DNA from: Vicugna vicugna
Lineage: Eukaryota
Length of the DNA stretch: 64,000 bases
Direction: 5' to 3'
Assembly: GCA_013265495.1 (NCBI GenBank)
Contig: MU058444.1
Coordinates: forward strand, 1,984,001 to 2,048,000
Position 1 is the stretch's first letter; each line of letters starts with the position of its first letter. The translations under genes were made by a program, and so were the position numbers. The notes under the pieces were generated by a model that saw only the letters and a list, made by a program, of their open reading frames with translations, made no database searches and was not told the origin of the DNA. This document shows positions 1 to 12,900 of the stretch, piece by piece.

Positions 1-860
1 AGCCCCAGTCACAGTGATTCTAATCAAATATGTGATTATTTGGTGCCTTTGGCTGTCATTTGACAGACATTTCTTTAAAAGAATGTATGGTTGACTTTCA
101 ACTGAATGTAAATAATCTGATACATGACTTAATCCTGGCAAATCTTATATCACCTAAGTATCTCATCCCCACAGATAAGCCATTAAAAAAAACCGAGCAC
201 ACTGAATGATAATCATGACTGAATGATAAAGATACACGTACCTTTTGAAAATGACAGATAACTTTCTGCGTCCCTCAGCATCCCCGACCCCTGCACCGAT
301 AACTTAAAGATTATGTCTCATTTCTGGGGCAGAAATAAATGAACCAGACATTCAGAAGGACCTTGGCCTTAGTGAACACTCAATACACATTCTTTTCATT
401 TAAGCGATTGTCTTGCAAATGACACGGCCTCCCTCTCTCCCCTCAAGGGGGTTATGTAACATTTCTTGCCCAAATTGTATCTAGAAGCCAAAGCACACCA
501 TCACCTTTCAAAGAAACATTGCTTAGGTCTGGGTATAATCTCCTGTACTGCACTCTCCCAGGGCAGAGAAGCAAAATTAAGTATGAGGAAGAGGAAAAAC
601 AGAAAGGAGGTAAAAAAACAAAGGAGGTACAGGGCCTGCAGGTGTGTCTACGTTAAGCTGACACCAAAGAGCCATAACCTGTTTTCTCTGTTCACCCCTG
701 CCTCTAGCGTCTTCCTGGAAACGCTGGGTCAAGACTAATTTTGGAGAGTCTGTAAGAAGCCCCAGTACCATCAGAAGTACATTTATTAAGAAGCAGTGTT
801 AGTAGGTGATTGCTTCGATTAAAGGAGGCGGTTAGACTGCAAACTGGAGCCTTACGATAC

Positions 861-971
861 CTCTGCAGATGACACGGTAAAGTCTGAGCACTCGGCTGGC
901 TTACAGGGAGGTGACCCTTTGCTGTTGGTCAACCACGGTTTACCGTAATTGCGTGTTAAAGGATGGAGAAT
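861..971 (-). CDS. DST: DST 111-nt exon ([37 protein letters not shown]), probably cassette
   Basis: Phase 0/0, atacag acceptor, GAG|gtatcg donor. Confidence 0.9.
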
Positions 972-3900
972 CTGTATGGAACAACGGCAAATCAAACAAA
1001 CATGAAGGAGAGCAGGTGACAACCAAGGCAGCAGAGAGAGACATTCATGGCCAAGAGTCACATTTCATGGGAAGACTAATAATGCAAAAAAAAAAAATCA
1101 ATGGAAAGGTTTGAGGGCAAATTGTATATATGCCAAAATACAAAAATAAAAAATAAATTGAAAAAAATGAAGCTTTAAAAAGAAAAACCAATCTGAAAAG
1201 TAACCAAAGCCCCTAAGGAGACAATCCCCAGGTGGGTCTCTCTCTAGACTGTAAATCCTTCCTTTGCCACATTGTGAGGAGGAGCGCATTTGGAGAAAGC
1301 GGGTCCCCCAGCTCGAGGATGCTGGGGCCTTCGGGGGCGGCGGGGAGGGCACGCCTACCTTGGGTGTGCTGGTGGCAGGGACCTGCGGGGAGGCCGCCTG
1401 GCCGGACACCGACGTCGACCGGCTGGGCGAGGCTCCCCGCGACGAGGGCCGCGATCTCCGGCCGCGGGGTCGGAAGGCCGCCATGCCCTGAGTGGTTCCA
1501 TCCGCCAGGATGAACTTCTCTCGCAGCTCCACGTTGGTCCTGCCTTTGGCTGCATGGCGTCACCCACAACAAGGCACCCGGACGAGAGAAAAAGAGAAGG
1601 GGGAGAGACAGGCGCTCAGCCGCGGGCGGGGGGACCCCCCCACCACCCGGCCGCACAGACCACGGGGCGGGTTCCAAGGACACCCTCTCTGCCATGCCAA
1701 CTCCCTCAGCGGAACAAAAAAAATCAAATGCATTCCTGGACAATGCATTCCTTTTGGCGACAAGTCAGTCCGGGAGGGAAAAAAAAATAAAGTTGTGTTT
1801 ATTCTAACACTAGACGCCAGCAAGGATAACCACTATTAAAGAGTCAGCGAGCGTGACGATGAGAAAGAAGCTCATGCTGAGATACTGTTAATGCACCCGC
1901 CGCGGATGCCTGCTCGGTTTCGCCACCCTGTCCCCACCCCGAGGGGACAAGCCAGTAAGGCTGGGGCTGTGTCTTTTGCATGTCCTACTGAGGTGCGGGG
2001 AAGGCCAGTATTTTACCGATGGGGTTAATTACCATACAATTGCACAGAACGAGAGATGGTTTGTTAATCAGAAGGACCACACGAAAACGTTCAGCTTTGT
2101 CACTTATATGGGCGCAGCTATAATTTTTTTTTTTGGATGCCTTAAAAATTCTGGTCTTACAACATGCAATCACAAACACCAGACCCAAGGATCCGTGAGG
2201 GGATCGGTGATGCAACGCGCGGACCGACACACGTGCACGCGGAGGACTTGCCCCCGGGACGCGGCGTGCAGCGTGCGAGCGCGGGTTCGTCACCGCACCA
2301 CCCCTGCACTGGCCACGCTCACTGCAGGGCTGTCAAATTTCCGGACACTGAAATTTGGAAGCACCAGCTCAGTTGGATGTGAGTTAAGCCATACGCGATG
2401 GATGAAGCGTGTTATTGTGAAACAAACGATTAAAAGCGAGGATGTAAACGGAGGGGAAGAGAAGAGGTCAGAGGGGAGAGGCCAAGAGAGGGGTCGCCAA
2501 CCTAGAGTAGGCTGAGTGGTAGTAATTGAAGAGTTTGATTCCGAACGTAACATTTTACTCCCATGATGATGAACTAGAAAAAATGACAGGATACCAGTCA
2601 CATTCAAGAATACTGTTAGCAAGAGCAGAAACAAAGTGAGCAGCTGACTACGCGAAGGTCGCTCGGCCCGGGCCTTAGCACACAACTCAGAAGAAGAGCC
2701 GCATGAGGGGAAGGCAGCGCCCAAAGGTCCGGCTCGCGGAGAGAAAGGGACTTGGGAGACTTGGCCACGGTCACGCTAATGTCCCTGAGCAGCCCCGGGG
2801 GACACGGCGCCTGCTCACTTGCTTGTTTCACAAATCGGACTGCACTATCTTAGCTGCATCGTTTTCAAAATGTAAAACAAAAGGGAGCCTTTTTCTTTTT
2901 GCTCCTTTTGTGGGTGTATCCGTGACTTGGCAGAGAGCAGGGGTGTGTAACCACCCAGGGTGGGTGGCCCTGCCAAGGAGGCTGGCTGGCGGGCTGCCTG
3001 GAACTCACTCCAGTATACCTGAGAGCTGTGGTGGTACACATGCATTTAAAATAATTTTTTGTTTTATTTTTATTTTTGGGGGGGAGGTAATTAGGTTTAT
3101 TTATTTTTTAATGGAGGCACTGGGGATTGAACCTAGGACGTGTGCATGCTAAGCACATGCTTTACCACTGAGCTACACCCTCCCACCTTATACGTGCGTA
3201 TTTTTAATGCTCTAACTTGTGACTTCAAAATAAGAGTCAAGTTATCACTTTGTTACTACTTTTTAAAAAATTTTAAACACCGCTCTCCTCACCTCCCCCT
3301 AATTTCATAAAAACGTTCACTTTTACACTTTTCATTATACGGTCTCTTCAATCCCTGTCACTCAACTGTCTTTCCTTTTAACTTTGCTATTTAATGACAC
3401 ATGAACTTTCCCTGGCTGGTACAACTGCCCCTTTTGAAAACTGCAAGGGCGGGGGCCATCTCATCAAGAAAAAAAATCTGTTCTAGTGTTTCCTGCCTAC
3501 CAGTCTATTTTTCCAGGATTTTACCAACGAGAGGAACGTGGTTTACATGACTGCCACAAGTTCTCTGGGAACTTCAGGCTGACAGACCCACGTGAAATGA
3601 CCCTCATTGTAAGGACCAAAACTAGACTCAGTATGTTTTTGACGCTGGGAAAATAATACAAAACGGATCCATTTTCACGGAGGTATTATCTTGACACAAG
3701 TATCTCCTTACCCCTGCAAGGATCGTTTTTCACTAAGAACTCATCCAGGGCCATCCATCCACCTCCGACCCGAACCATCACGGTACTTCGCAGGATTCGG
3801 ACAAGTCGCAGTTGCTGGGAGTCTCCGAACTGTGAAGATGAAGACAGAAGAGCCTCTAATTGTCAAGGGTAATTCTCAACTCAAGCGGGAGGTGCGATCT

Positions 3901-6900
3901 GCGTAGGCACCCCACTCTAACTTCTTGCTTAGTTCACAGCGATTAGTAAAATCTCAGGAGAGAGGGGTTTGTGATGATCTGCGTTAGATTGGCTGCATGC
4001 TGATTTAGCCCAGAGTTTGAAAAAAGGACGAGGGTTACCACGTGTAATCCTGAAGCTCTCCTCTAAAAATGACCTCCTTTCTCCTGACAGAAATGACATT
4101 CGTAAGGCAGTAACCAAAAAAAACGTTTCTAGAAATGACACAGCCTTGAAAAGCAGCACTGGCCCCCTTGCCCAGGGCGTCTAAGGAATGAGATGATGCT
4201 ACAGGAAATGCAACAAAGTCTGATTCTTCTTCATTAGAACTTCCTCTTACACCTAAAACTGCCACTGAAATCCATGGGAGAGATCTTCAGAAACTCATTC
4301 TGGTTTCTCTGAGCACTTCTGACTTAAAGTAGTAAATGAACATGACTAACAGAGATTTCACAGTTAAATAAAACTCCTGCATCACTAATGATCTGGGGGA
4401 CTAATTTGTTAAAGGCTGGATTAGTGTGCTGTTTTAGTTACTGTAAGATTAGAACGGTCACTGACACATAATTATAACATCTAGAGCTTTCAAATCTAAA
4501 AGGCTTTCTCCTAAGCTGTGCGTCCCAAAACTGCCGACACTGAGAAGCACGCCTTTTTCTTATCCTCTCAGTGGATCATCCATCACTCAGACCTGCTACA
4601 GGTTCTGCAAGTCTTGAATGAATGTCTTGCCTGCATGTGGTTTCTGATCGTAAGGGTTATTTATTATGAAAGCCCATGAGAAATGATTTTTATACTTTCA
4701 AATCATTTCTAATAAGCTTGAGTCCCACTTATAAAAACCACCATGCTGAATTTCCTGGTTGCCAACCCAGTGGATACCAGAGCAGAGAGAGAGTCAATCA
4801 GACATAAATAACTTCTTTTTAAGGCAGGTAAGATACAGTGGTGACTATCTGTCTGGTGTCACGATGGAGAAACAGAAAACTAAGTAAAACCAATCTGCTA
4901 CTTTTCCATAAAGTTAAACGCTGAGTTTCAGGAAGAAGCAAAGAACAAAGCCAACCATCCCAGACCTTGAAACTCAGAAGGACCTGGAAAGCATGTAAAA
5001 TGCACAGTGGGTCTGCATGTGTTTACGTCAAACCCTTTCATACCGCTACCTCTGAGACAGTCTTTTAAGCCTTCAGACTTAAAGCTTTCCTGTATCTGAA
5101 TCTGCTCTTGAAATGTACATTGAAATTTAAGAATCAAAATACAGATTTATTTTGTTAGAAAAAAAAATCTGGTGCTGCTAATAAGCAAAGGGAAAGGAGG
5201 GGGGTTAAAGAAAATTACCCTTAAGGAACCAGATAATTAGATGATACACTTTGGGTCCAAGATTATGTTCAAAAAAGTTTAGGGAAATAAGTTATCTTCT
5301 ACACATGATATTTCAAATATCATAAAAGCGAATGATGTTCAGTTTTATTTTGAGGAGGCATTCTCTAGACAATGAACACTGTCTTCAGAATCTTCCTAAT
5401 TTTCTCAACAGCTAAATCCTGAGACAAAAAACAACAACAACAAAACCCTATGGCTCTTCTTTGTGCTTTCAGTGAATTAAACCTTTTGAGGTATTTCACC
5501 CTTTCCATAAACGAAAGATGCTGTCCCAACTACTAACTCAGAAAATAACACGGCTGGAAAAGTAACTTAATGGAAACTAATAGAAGTTTTTCAAAACGTC
5601 TACTCAAAATAACTGAAAAATTTTATTTGAAAAACCCAAGTTGTTTGCAGTCAATGAGGATAAGAGATGATTTGAAACTTGAGATGGAAGATGGCCTTAA
5701 AAACTGAGTGGGGGCGTAACATCCAACATGATATGGTCGGGTGCTATGAATAGCATGGTTCTTTCGAAAAGCGTGCTGTTAAAAAAACCAAAAAACAAAA
5801 ACTCTTCTTGTTTAAACATGGTGGTTTCTCTTGTCTTCAGTTCTAGAATTCTGATCGTGAGGCAGTGCCCCTGCGCAGTTGGTACTGGCTCAAATGGCAG
5901 GTCAAAATGGCAGGAAGTTGTGACTGAAATTGCACAGATGTTACAAGAGGTGATGTGGAGCTGGAGCTGACATCACTGAAAACCTCCAGTGTTGAACTTT
6001 CTGCTCAGGATGCTAAGCCCTACATCCCCAGTGGGCAGCAGCTGCTTTGGGGAGAACGTATTACTAAAGCCGAGTGTCGTGGAGACGTCCCATGGCTGTG
6101 TCCTCCCACGTCACTCTGCCAGATGCTCCCTGTCTCTCCCTGCCTGACCCCACACTGTACATCCTCGATGGTTAAACACCAGCGAGGCTGCCAAGAGACG
6201 TGTGGACAATCAAATCTGCATTGCAAGGAGTACTCGTCTGAGATCTACATGAATCGTATTATTAAAAATAGGAACTGAAAATGGCATTTGTCATACTGTA
6301 CCAAGCTACAGTTCATTTGTAGCCAAGCTACAATTCATTATCTGGTTTGCTTAAAGGTAATCTCCTCATTTGAGACACAAGGCAGAAAGGAATCCAGGAT
6401 CAAGGACCCTTAGAGCGTTTACAGAAACACCACGCCAACCAACAAGGTAGTAGCTGGGGGAACAGCACGGGGAAAATTGGCCAGGGCAAGCTTTGATGAC
6501 CATGAATTAAAGTTAAAAAAAAATCATTGGGAACTTGAGAATACATTCCACTGGTTTATACCTGATTTCCCAGGAAGAACTGATAAAAAAAAATGAAAAA
6601 TGGAAGAAAGACACAATTAGTTCAACAGGAAACTTTCTATATGACTCCAGAACACACACACACTCACACTTTGGGCTTCTGGATAAGAATATCCAGTTTA
6701 GAGATGTGCAGAGTACCCACTTTTCCCAACTTCAAACCAAATAATCAGAAAACTTGCTACCCAGATTTTTTGGAAATTCTTTGCGTTTCAAATTTAAGTT
6801 AAAAATTCAACTAGGCAGATGAACATTGTCTCATGGGGAAATATAAAAGGAAAATGAATAATGTTTCATTTGTAAGTAACATACTGTATGAAGGAAACTC

Positions 6901-9900
6901 AGCACATTTCCTATCCACCTACTACAAACGAGATGTTCCAAAAAAGAAAAAAGAGAAAGAGGGACAAAGTCACAAGGGTCTTCAAGTAATTGTTTTGAAG
7001 GTGACACTGGGCTATGGAGATTTAACTTTTTAAATATTTCTGCAAAAGTGGAAAACACTGCCTCTTTTCACATTTATAGAAATGAGTCAACATTTTAACT
7101 TCATTTCCTGGCTTGGAAGAGCTTTGTTATTGAAAATATAAGAACTTACCTCTAATCGCAGTAAAATATATTAAAGTAATAGGAAGGACCCTGAATATAC
7201 AAGATGTGTCTTCCTGTGAATATTTTCTCCTTAAAAGTAACGTATGTGTCAGAGAGATGTTCTGATGTGCAAAACACAAGCTATCTTTGTATCACTTAAA
7301 ATGACAAAAGTTGGAATTTCATAGATCATTAAATTCTGACAGAAGGTAAAAATAAAGAATTAGCGTTCCTGGGAAACAATGCAGCTCGAACTGCTGCATA
7401 CAAATCTCAATTTTTATCCTGTGAAGGAACTGCACGGCTGTTTTGAAAACTTACCCTGTATTTGTTGTCTCCGATCTGTTCCACCTGGAATCGTTTCGCA
7501 CACTTGCACTTAGCCACCTGCCTCGTCACCTGCCAGACACAAATGGTGGTGTTCCCTTTAACATGACTTTGTGGGAGCCTGAAAACCTCGACATAGCAAC
7601 TCAACGGGGACACCAAACAACTGCACGAATGGTGCGCGATGTTTGGGCAGGACACGCTGTCACCGCTGAAACGTGGTAGAAAGGGAATCGGTACCTCGTC
7701 TTCAATTTTGTCAGCATCCGTGATGGGTTTGTAGGCATCCTTATTCGGGTGAAGGGCGGCTACAAACTCATAGTAGTCGATGTACCCATCGCCGTCGCGG
7801 TCAAAGATGTCTGCGACCGCGCTCATCTCCAGACGGCTGGTCGGGAACTCTGACATTTTCCAAACGACAGGAAGCAGTGTCATTGAAGTGTCACTGACAC
7901 GTACAATTGTAAGATATTCAAAGAATGACGGTAATAATTTGCTATAGGCACCCATCATCGGGGGATCCCCCACATCTATTTAATGAAGACGTCCATCACC
8001 TTGTACAGTTCCCTTTCACTCTCTTTTGTGAGTGCTGGTATTTAAATTCTAATCTCTCAGCAAAGTTCAGTTATACAAGACAGTGCTGTCAACCACAGTC
8101 GCCATGTTATATGTTAGATCCTCAGACCTTACTCATCTTAGAGCTAAAAGTCTGCACCTTTTTACCAGACTCTCCCTCATTTCCCCACCTCCCAGCCCCT
8201 GGCAACCTCTTTTCTTCTTTCTGTGAGTTTGACTTCTTGTTGAGATTCCACATACAAGTGATAACTAACATATTCTCTCAGCAAAGGTCATCCCAGAGCG
8301 TGAAAGGTAGGATCTACTTACCATAAAATCTGAAAATAGATTTTAAGTTTAGAAAAAGAGAAAGTAGCATTAACTTGTTACTTCTAACCCAAGACATTCT
8401 TGATTGTACATTTCAATCCTAGTGTGGTCAGTTACGTTACTAGGATGATCAAATAAATTAAAGTCCTTAAAAACTAAAACCCTGATTTACATCATACAAA
8501 TACAACCACTATCTATATATATGTGGCCTCAATTTATCTTGAATTACTATGAATTAGGGTGAATCTTACGAAACTGCTCTTTTTCTAGGTAAAGAACTAT
8601 TTAATGTTAGCAAATTTCATGCGGGTCAACTACCACTTCACTCAGGGACTAGCTATATGAAACTGACTTTAAGAATGGCTTCCAGTAACATCTGCCAGAG
8701 AAATCACAGACACACGGCGAAACTGTTACACAAGATGACGACGCAACCTTAAGTATTTTTCTAGCATTCTCATTTCCTACTGGTGACAACACTAGATCAG
8801 AATGTGAACTAGAATGAAGACAAAAGAGTCTGACTTGCATTTATTGAGTCTCCATTTTATGTCAGGCAACACCACCTAAGAGTTAAGCGTTATTAGCCTC
8901 ATGACACCACAGGAGGACACAGCTCCAGAGAAGAGGAGTTTATCTGTGGTTACACAATTAGTAAGCGTGCCTGACTCCAAAGCCGTAAATTTTAACCAAG
9001 GTCCACCCCCCCCCCGCCCCTGCTTTTTATTTTTGGAGGGTGGCGACTTCATCGCCAAGTTTAAAGAGGATGCTGCATTGGTAACACAAGTTTACTGGCT
9101 CCACAGTTTTAAACTGGGCTCGTTTTCCTAACAGATTACATCAGTCACGGCCACCTCTCTCGGGACTTACTTGAGGAAAGAATTCCGTCAATAAATTCTT
9201 GTCGAGTTATTTTCCCATCCTGATCTTTGTCGATCCTCCTGAAAAAGTCCATCACTCGGGACTTCTTGTGATTCATCCATCGCATGTACTTTTTGCGCCA
9301 GATATCAAAGTCAAAGTTTGCAAATTCCCTCAGCTGCAAAGGAAAAAAGGCATTTTGGCCGAGTTAGCGTGATGCGCAGATTATATCTCGTACGACACGA
9401 GTAAAGTTAGGTTTAATGATCCTCCAGATAACATATGCACCATTCCTTCATTGAGACGTATGATCTTGCAGAGGGGACCTGAAGGTTTTTTTCCTGTAAA
9501 GTATTACTTTGTTACTCTCTCTGTTTTTTCTTTACAAAGAGGGAAAACCAAGAAATCTCCTTAAACAGTTAAACTGAAATTTGACGATGCGGAGGTCACG
9601 AATGTGTGGCCCAAGGTGACACCAGCACTGGGTCCCTGGGGGGCCGGCCCGGCTCAACATCACCATTTAAGGCCTGGCTCTCTCTGCCCCCAGCCACCCT
9701 CAACTCCCCTACTTCTAACAACCTACCAATTCCAGAATCAGAGACCCTACACCTCGGGTCACAAAATATTCACAATGAAAAGATCTGCATCATAAATGAT
9801 CACAGTTGCCAGGCGATGCTGCCAGCAGACGTACGTCAAGCCAGACTCTCTCCTACGGAGTTAATTTCTGATTATGTTAAAACATATTTGTGTTTCACTT

Positions 9901-12900
9901 TGATTCCCTCAATCCAGGTCCCACAGATCAGTTTTGTTCCCCCCTACAAAAACATACACCCTTGTTGCATTAACTTCAGAAGCCAGATATGCACAGCAAA
10001 GAGTTCGCTCAGATTATCAGAAACGCTGAAACATCAAGAGGTGGGCAGTGCGTTATGGCGGGCGAGGGCAAATGACAACCCGGGGGCAGATATCTGAGTT
10101 TCCGAACCTCCTCCAGTCTGTCCAGGGCGTCATTAAGCTTCCTCCGCCTCTCCAGGGCCAGCAGCCAGACTTGCTGCCACTTGCTCACCAGGAGGTTGAC
10201 CCGGGGGTTCTTGGTTTCGATCTGCGTCTGGGACCCAGAGGGATACAGGCTGGAAGCTGGGAAGCGTTTTCCTGTGAAAACAGAGCTTTAGTTATTAGCA
10301 CGGAAAAGTGTCCATGGTTCCGACACACATGAAGGCGTGACTTTCACTGTTCCTAGTTAAGGCTGCACAGCTTCATTCCTGGGTGTGACAAGCAGAAAGC
10401 CCCTAATTTAGATGACGCACGATGTCAGGGTCCAAACGTATTTTTACTTAGCAAGGTTCGCACGCGGCTCAGAGACAGTAGAGAAGAAATGTATTTTGAC
10501 AGGAGCCTGGAAAGCCTGGAATGCTCTCTCAATAAATTTAGGCTTAAAACGTTTTCTAGCCTAAAATGTGTGCTGTTTTAATGACAAAGATGTACCCCAG
10601 GATCTTCCTCTCCGCCACCGCCAGGGCGATGCAAGGTCGGTGAGAATCAGTCCCAGCAAATCCAGCTGTGCTTCTTGGAGAACGAGGCTGGGAGGAGGGC
10701 AGGTGGGGGCAGGGGGCACCGGGCGTTCGCTGGAGTCAGAGCAAGAAACACTACAAATTCCCCATCAACCATGGAAGTGCACGTTTCAGATTCCAGCCCT
10801 CTTCCAAGTCCATTTTCCACCAAAATTGTGTGTTTCTTGTGCACGTTCCCACACCCTAATTAACCGCCTTACTAAAGTTTCCTCCGTCTTTCTGGCTGTT
10901 ATTCACAAATGTGCGTAACTTCACAGAGCAGTTACCTCAGTGCATTTTCCTCGTCTGACTAAATGATGAGATGTGACCCAGAAAAATAAACTAACTGGCC
11001 TGAGGTTATGTAGGAAGTTAGGGTCCACGTGGAGATTTACCCAGAACTCCTAACTCCCAGGGGGCTATGTAAAAATATTAATAGCTAATATTTATTGAGT
11101 GTTTAACCATATTCCAGGAAGTATACTAAGGACTTGAGATACATTAGCTCATTTAGTCTTCGCCACAGTCCAATGAGGGTTTATAGTTCTCCTATATAGA
11201 TGAGGAAATTAAGGCTCAGGGAGGATTTAGGTGACGTGTCCACGGTTGTGTTTCCCAACGGGTGAGTGGTGGGAACAGCCAAGAGGTCTGTCTCCAGAGT
11301 TCGTAACCATGGTTACCTCGCCTCCTGGTGCAATCACGACTATGACAGATCCAGGATGGTTTTTTCACTGAGGCACCATTCAGAAATACACAAAGCGGTG
11401 TAAATTGTGCTTGTTTTAAATCTTGTCCAGGCTAGCTAGGATTGCACGGAATGTCATTTCGTGGGGTCGAGGTAGCCCGAGAAGTAAACAGAGCCTGATT
11501 TCATGGGAACACGAGCAGAATCTATTCAGATTTCTTCATCGCTATATATTTATTTATCACTCATGAGCAGTTAGGTCATGACCTTTATCCAGGTCACGGG
11601 CATCTCTGTTCCACTCCACTTTAAGGTTATTTCTATCACAGAAGCAAAAGGGGACAGTTTAGAGCGGTTGGTGAGTCCCGATCTTATTACCTGTCTAATT
11701 CCTTCCGGCTAATCTGAAAGAGACACCTCGAGCAAACCAAGTTACATATAGAGACCTAGATTTATCTTTTTATTTTTAAATAAGTGGCTATCAAAGTTGA
11801 GCCCAGGGATTCTTTCAAGAAAACCTCATAGGGAACTCCTGGAGAATCACCGATTGCTCCAAAATTTAAAACACTAACTCAAAAGAAAAGGAAACTAACT
11901 TCCTTCCTTAACCATCTTCATTTTATTTTTATTTATTTATTTATTGGTGGGGGGGGCGTTAATTCGGTTTATTTGTGTATTTGTTTTTGAATGGAAGTAC
12001 TGGGGATTGAACCCAGGACCTCGTGCGTGCTAAGCACGCGCTCTACCATGGAGCTCTCCCCTCCCCGTTAACCACCTTCATTTTGGAAACTGGCCATTGC
12101 TTACTTCCTGCTCGCCCCTTGTCCAGGACGGGGATGTGGGACTGCAAGGCGGAAGGGTCTGCCGCCCGCCTCTTGTAGGTCTTGGTGACTTTATCCACGT
12201 CAGGCTGTTTCCTGGTCATTTCCTCCATGAAGGCCTGAAAGGAAAGACACGGGGTCAGTCAGATGCCGCTACACCAGAGGAAAGCATCTCTAGAAATGCA
12301 CTAAAAACAAAAGGATAAAAGGACTGCACTGTCATTTCTGAATAAAAGAATAAAACAGCATGTTTCATCTAGAGGGGAAAAAAACCTAACCACCATCATA
12401 CAGCCTGTACTCATTTCTGAAGACTGCAGAAGGTGTCAGGTGGCCAGGAGCATTAACAGAGCGATTTGCTCTAGTCTGAAGACCACTCACAGGGTGCAGC
12501 AGTGGGCATACCGCCACCTGTCTGTGCACCAGCCAGGACCGAGCTTCCAGGCTCTCCCCGAAGCACCTCGGAGTGAGCATCTGTCTGCAAAGGGGCGAGT
12601 CAGTGGGGGTGTCCCTAGGAGTTTCCTGTGGCACAGCTCACCCACGTGTCTGAAATGTTCATCAAGGCGTTGACAGATGGGGACATCCAGCATCCACTTA
12701 AATGTGGATGCACCTCCAGTGTTCCTGTCCATACAGATGCTCTGCCCAGGAGCGTCAATGCCATTCAGGTTAATTAACTTATCTTGCCCTGGATCTCACC
12801 TCCCGAGGCTTACTATCACAGTTCACTGGGTACCGGTGTGTCTAGAACACATGGCCGAGGCGGTGGCTTAGGTGACAAGTGATGGGGAAAGGAGGAGGGG

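Noticed and set aside
1213..1839. Stack of overlapping 70-176 aa ORFs on both strands
   Set aside because: Shadow ORFs of a very GC-rich exon/CpG patch; only the DST frame is recognisable
2574..2724. Signal-peptide/TM-like stretch ([23 protein letters not shown]) in frame before VHHHGSK
   Set aside because: Translation of the U-rich intron end and pyrimidine tract; no evidence for an alternative first exon
3970..4000. TGATGA...CTGA as a C/D box snoRNA
   Set aside because: Antisense to the host gene, boxes too close together, no terminal stem
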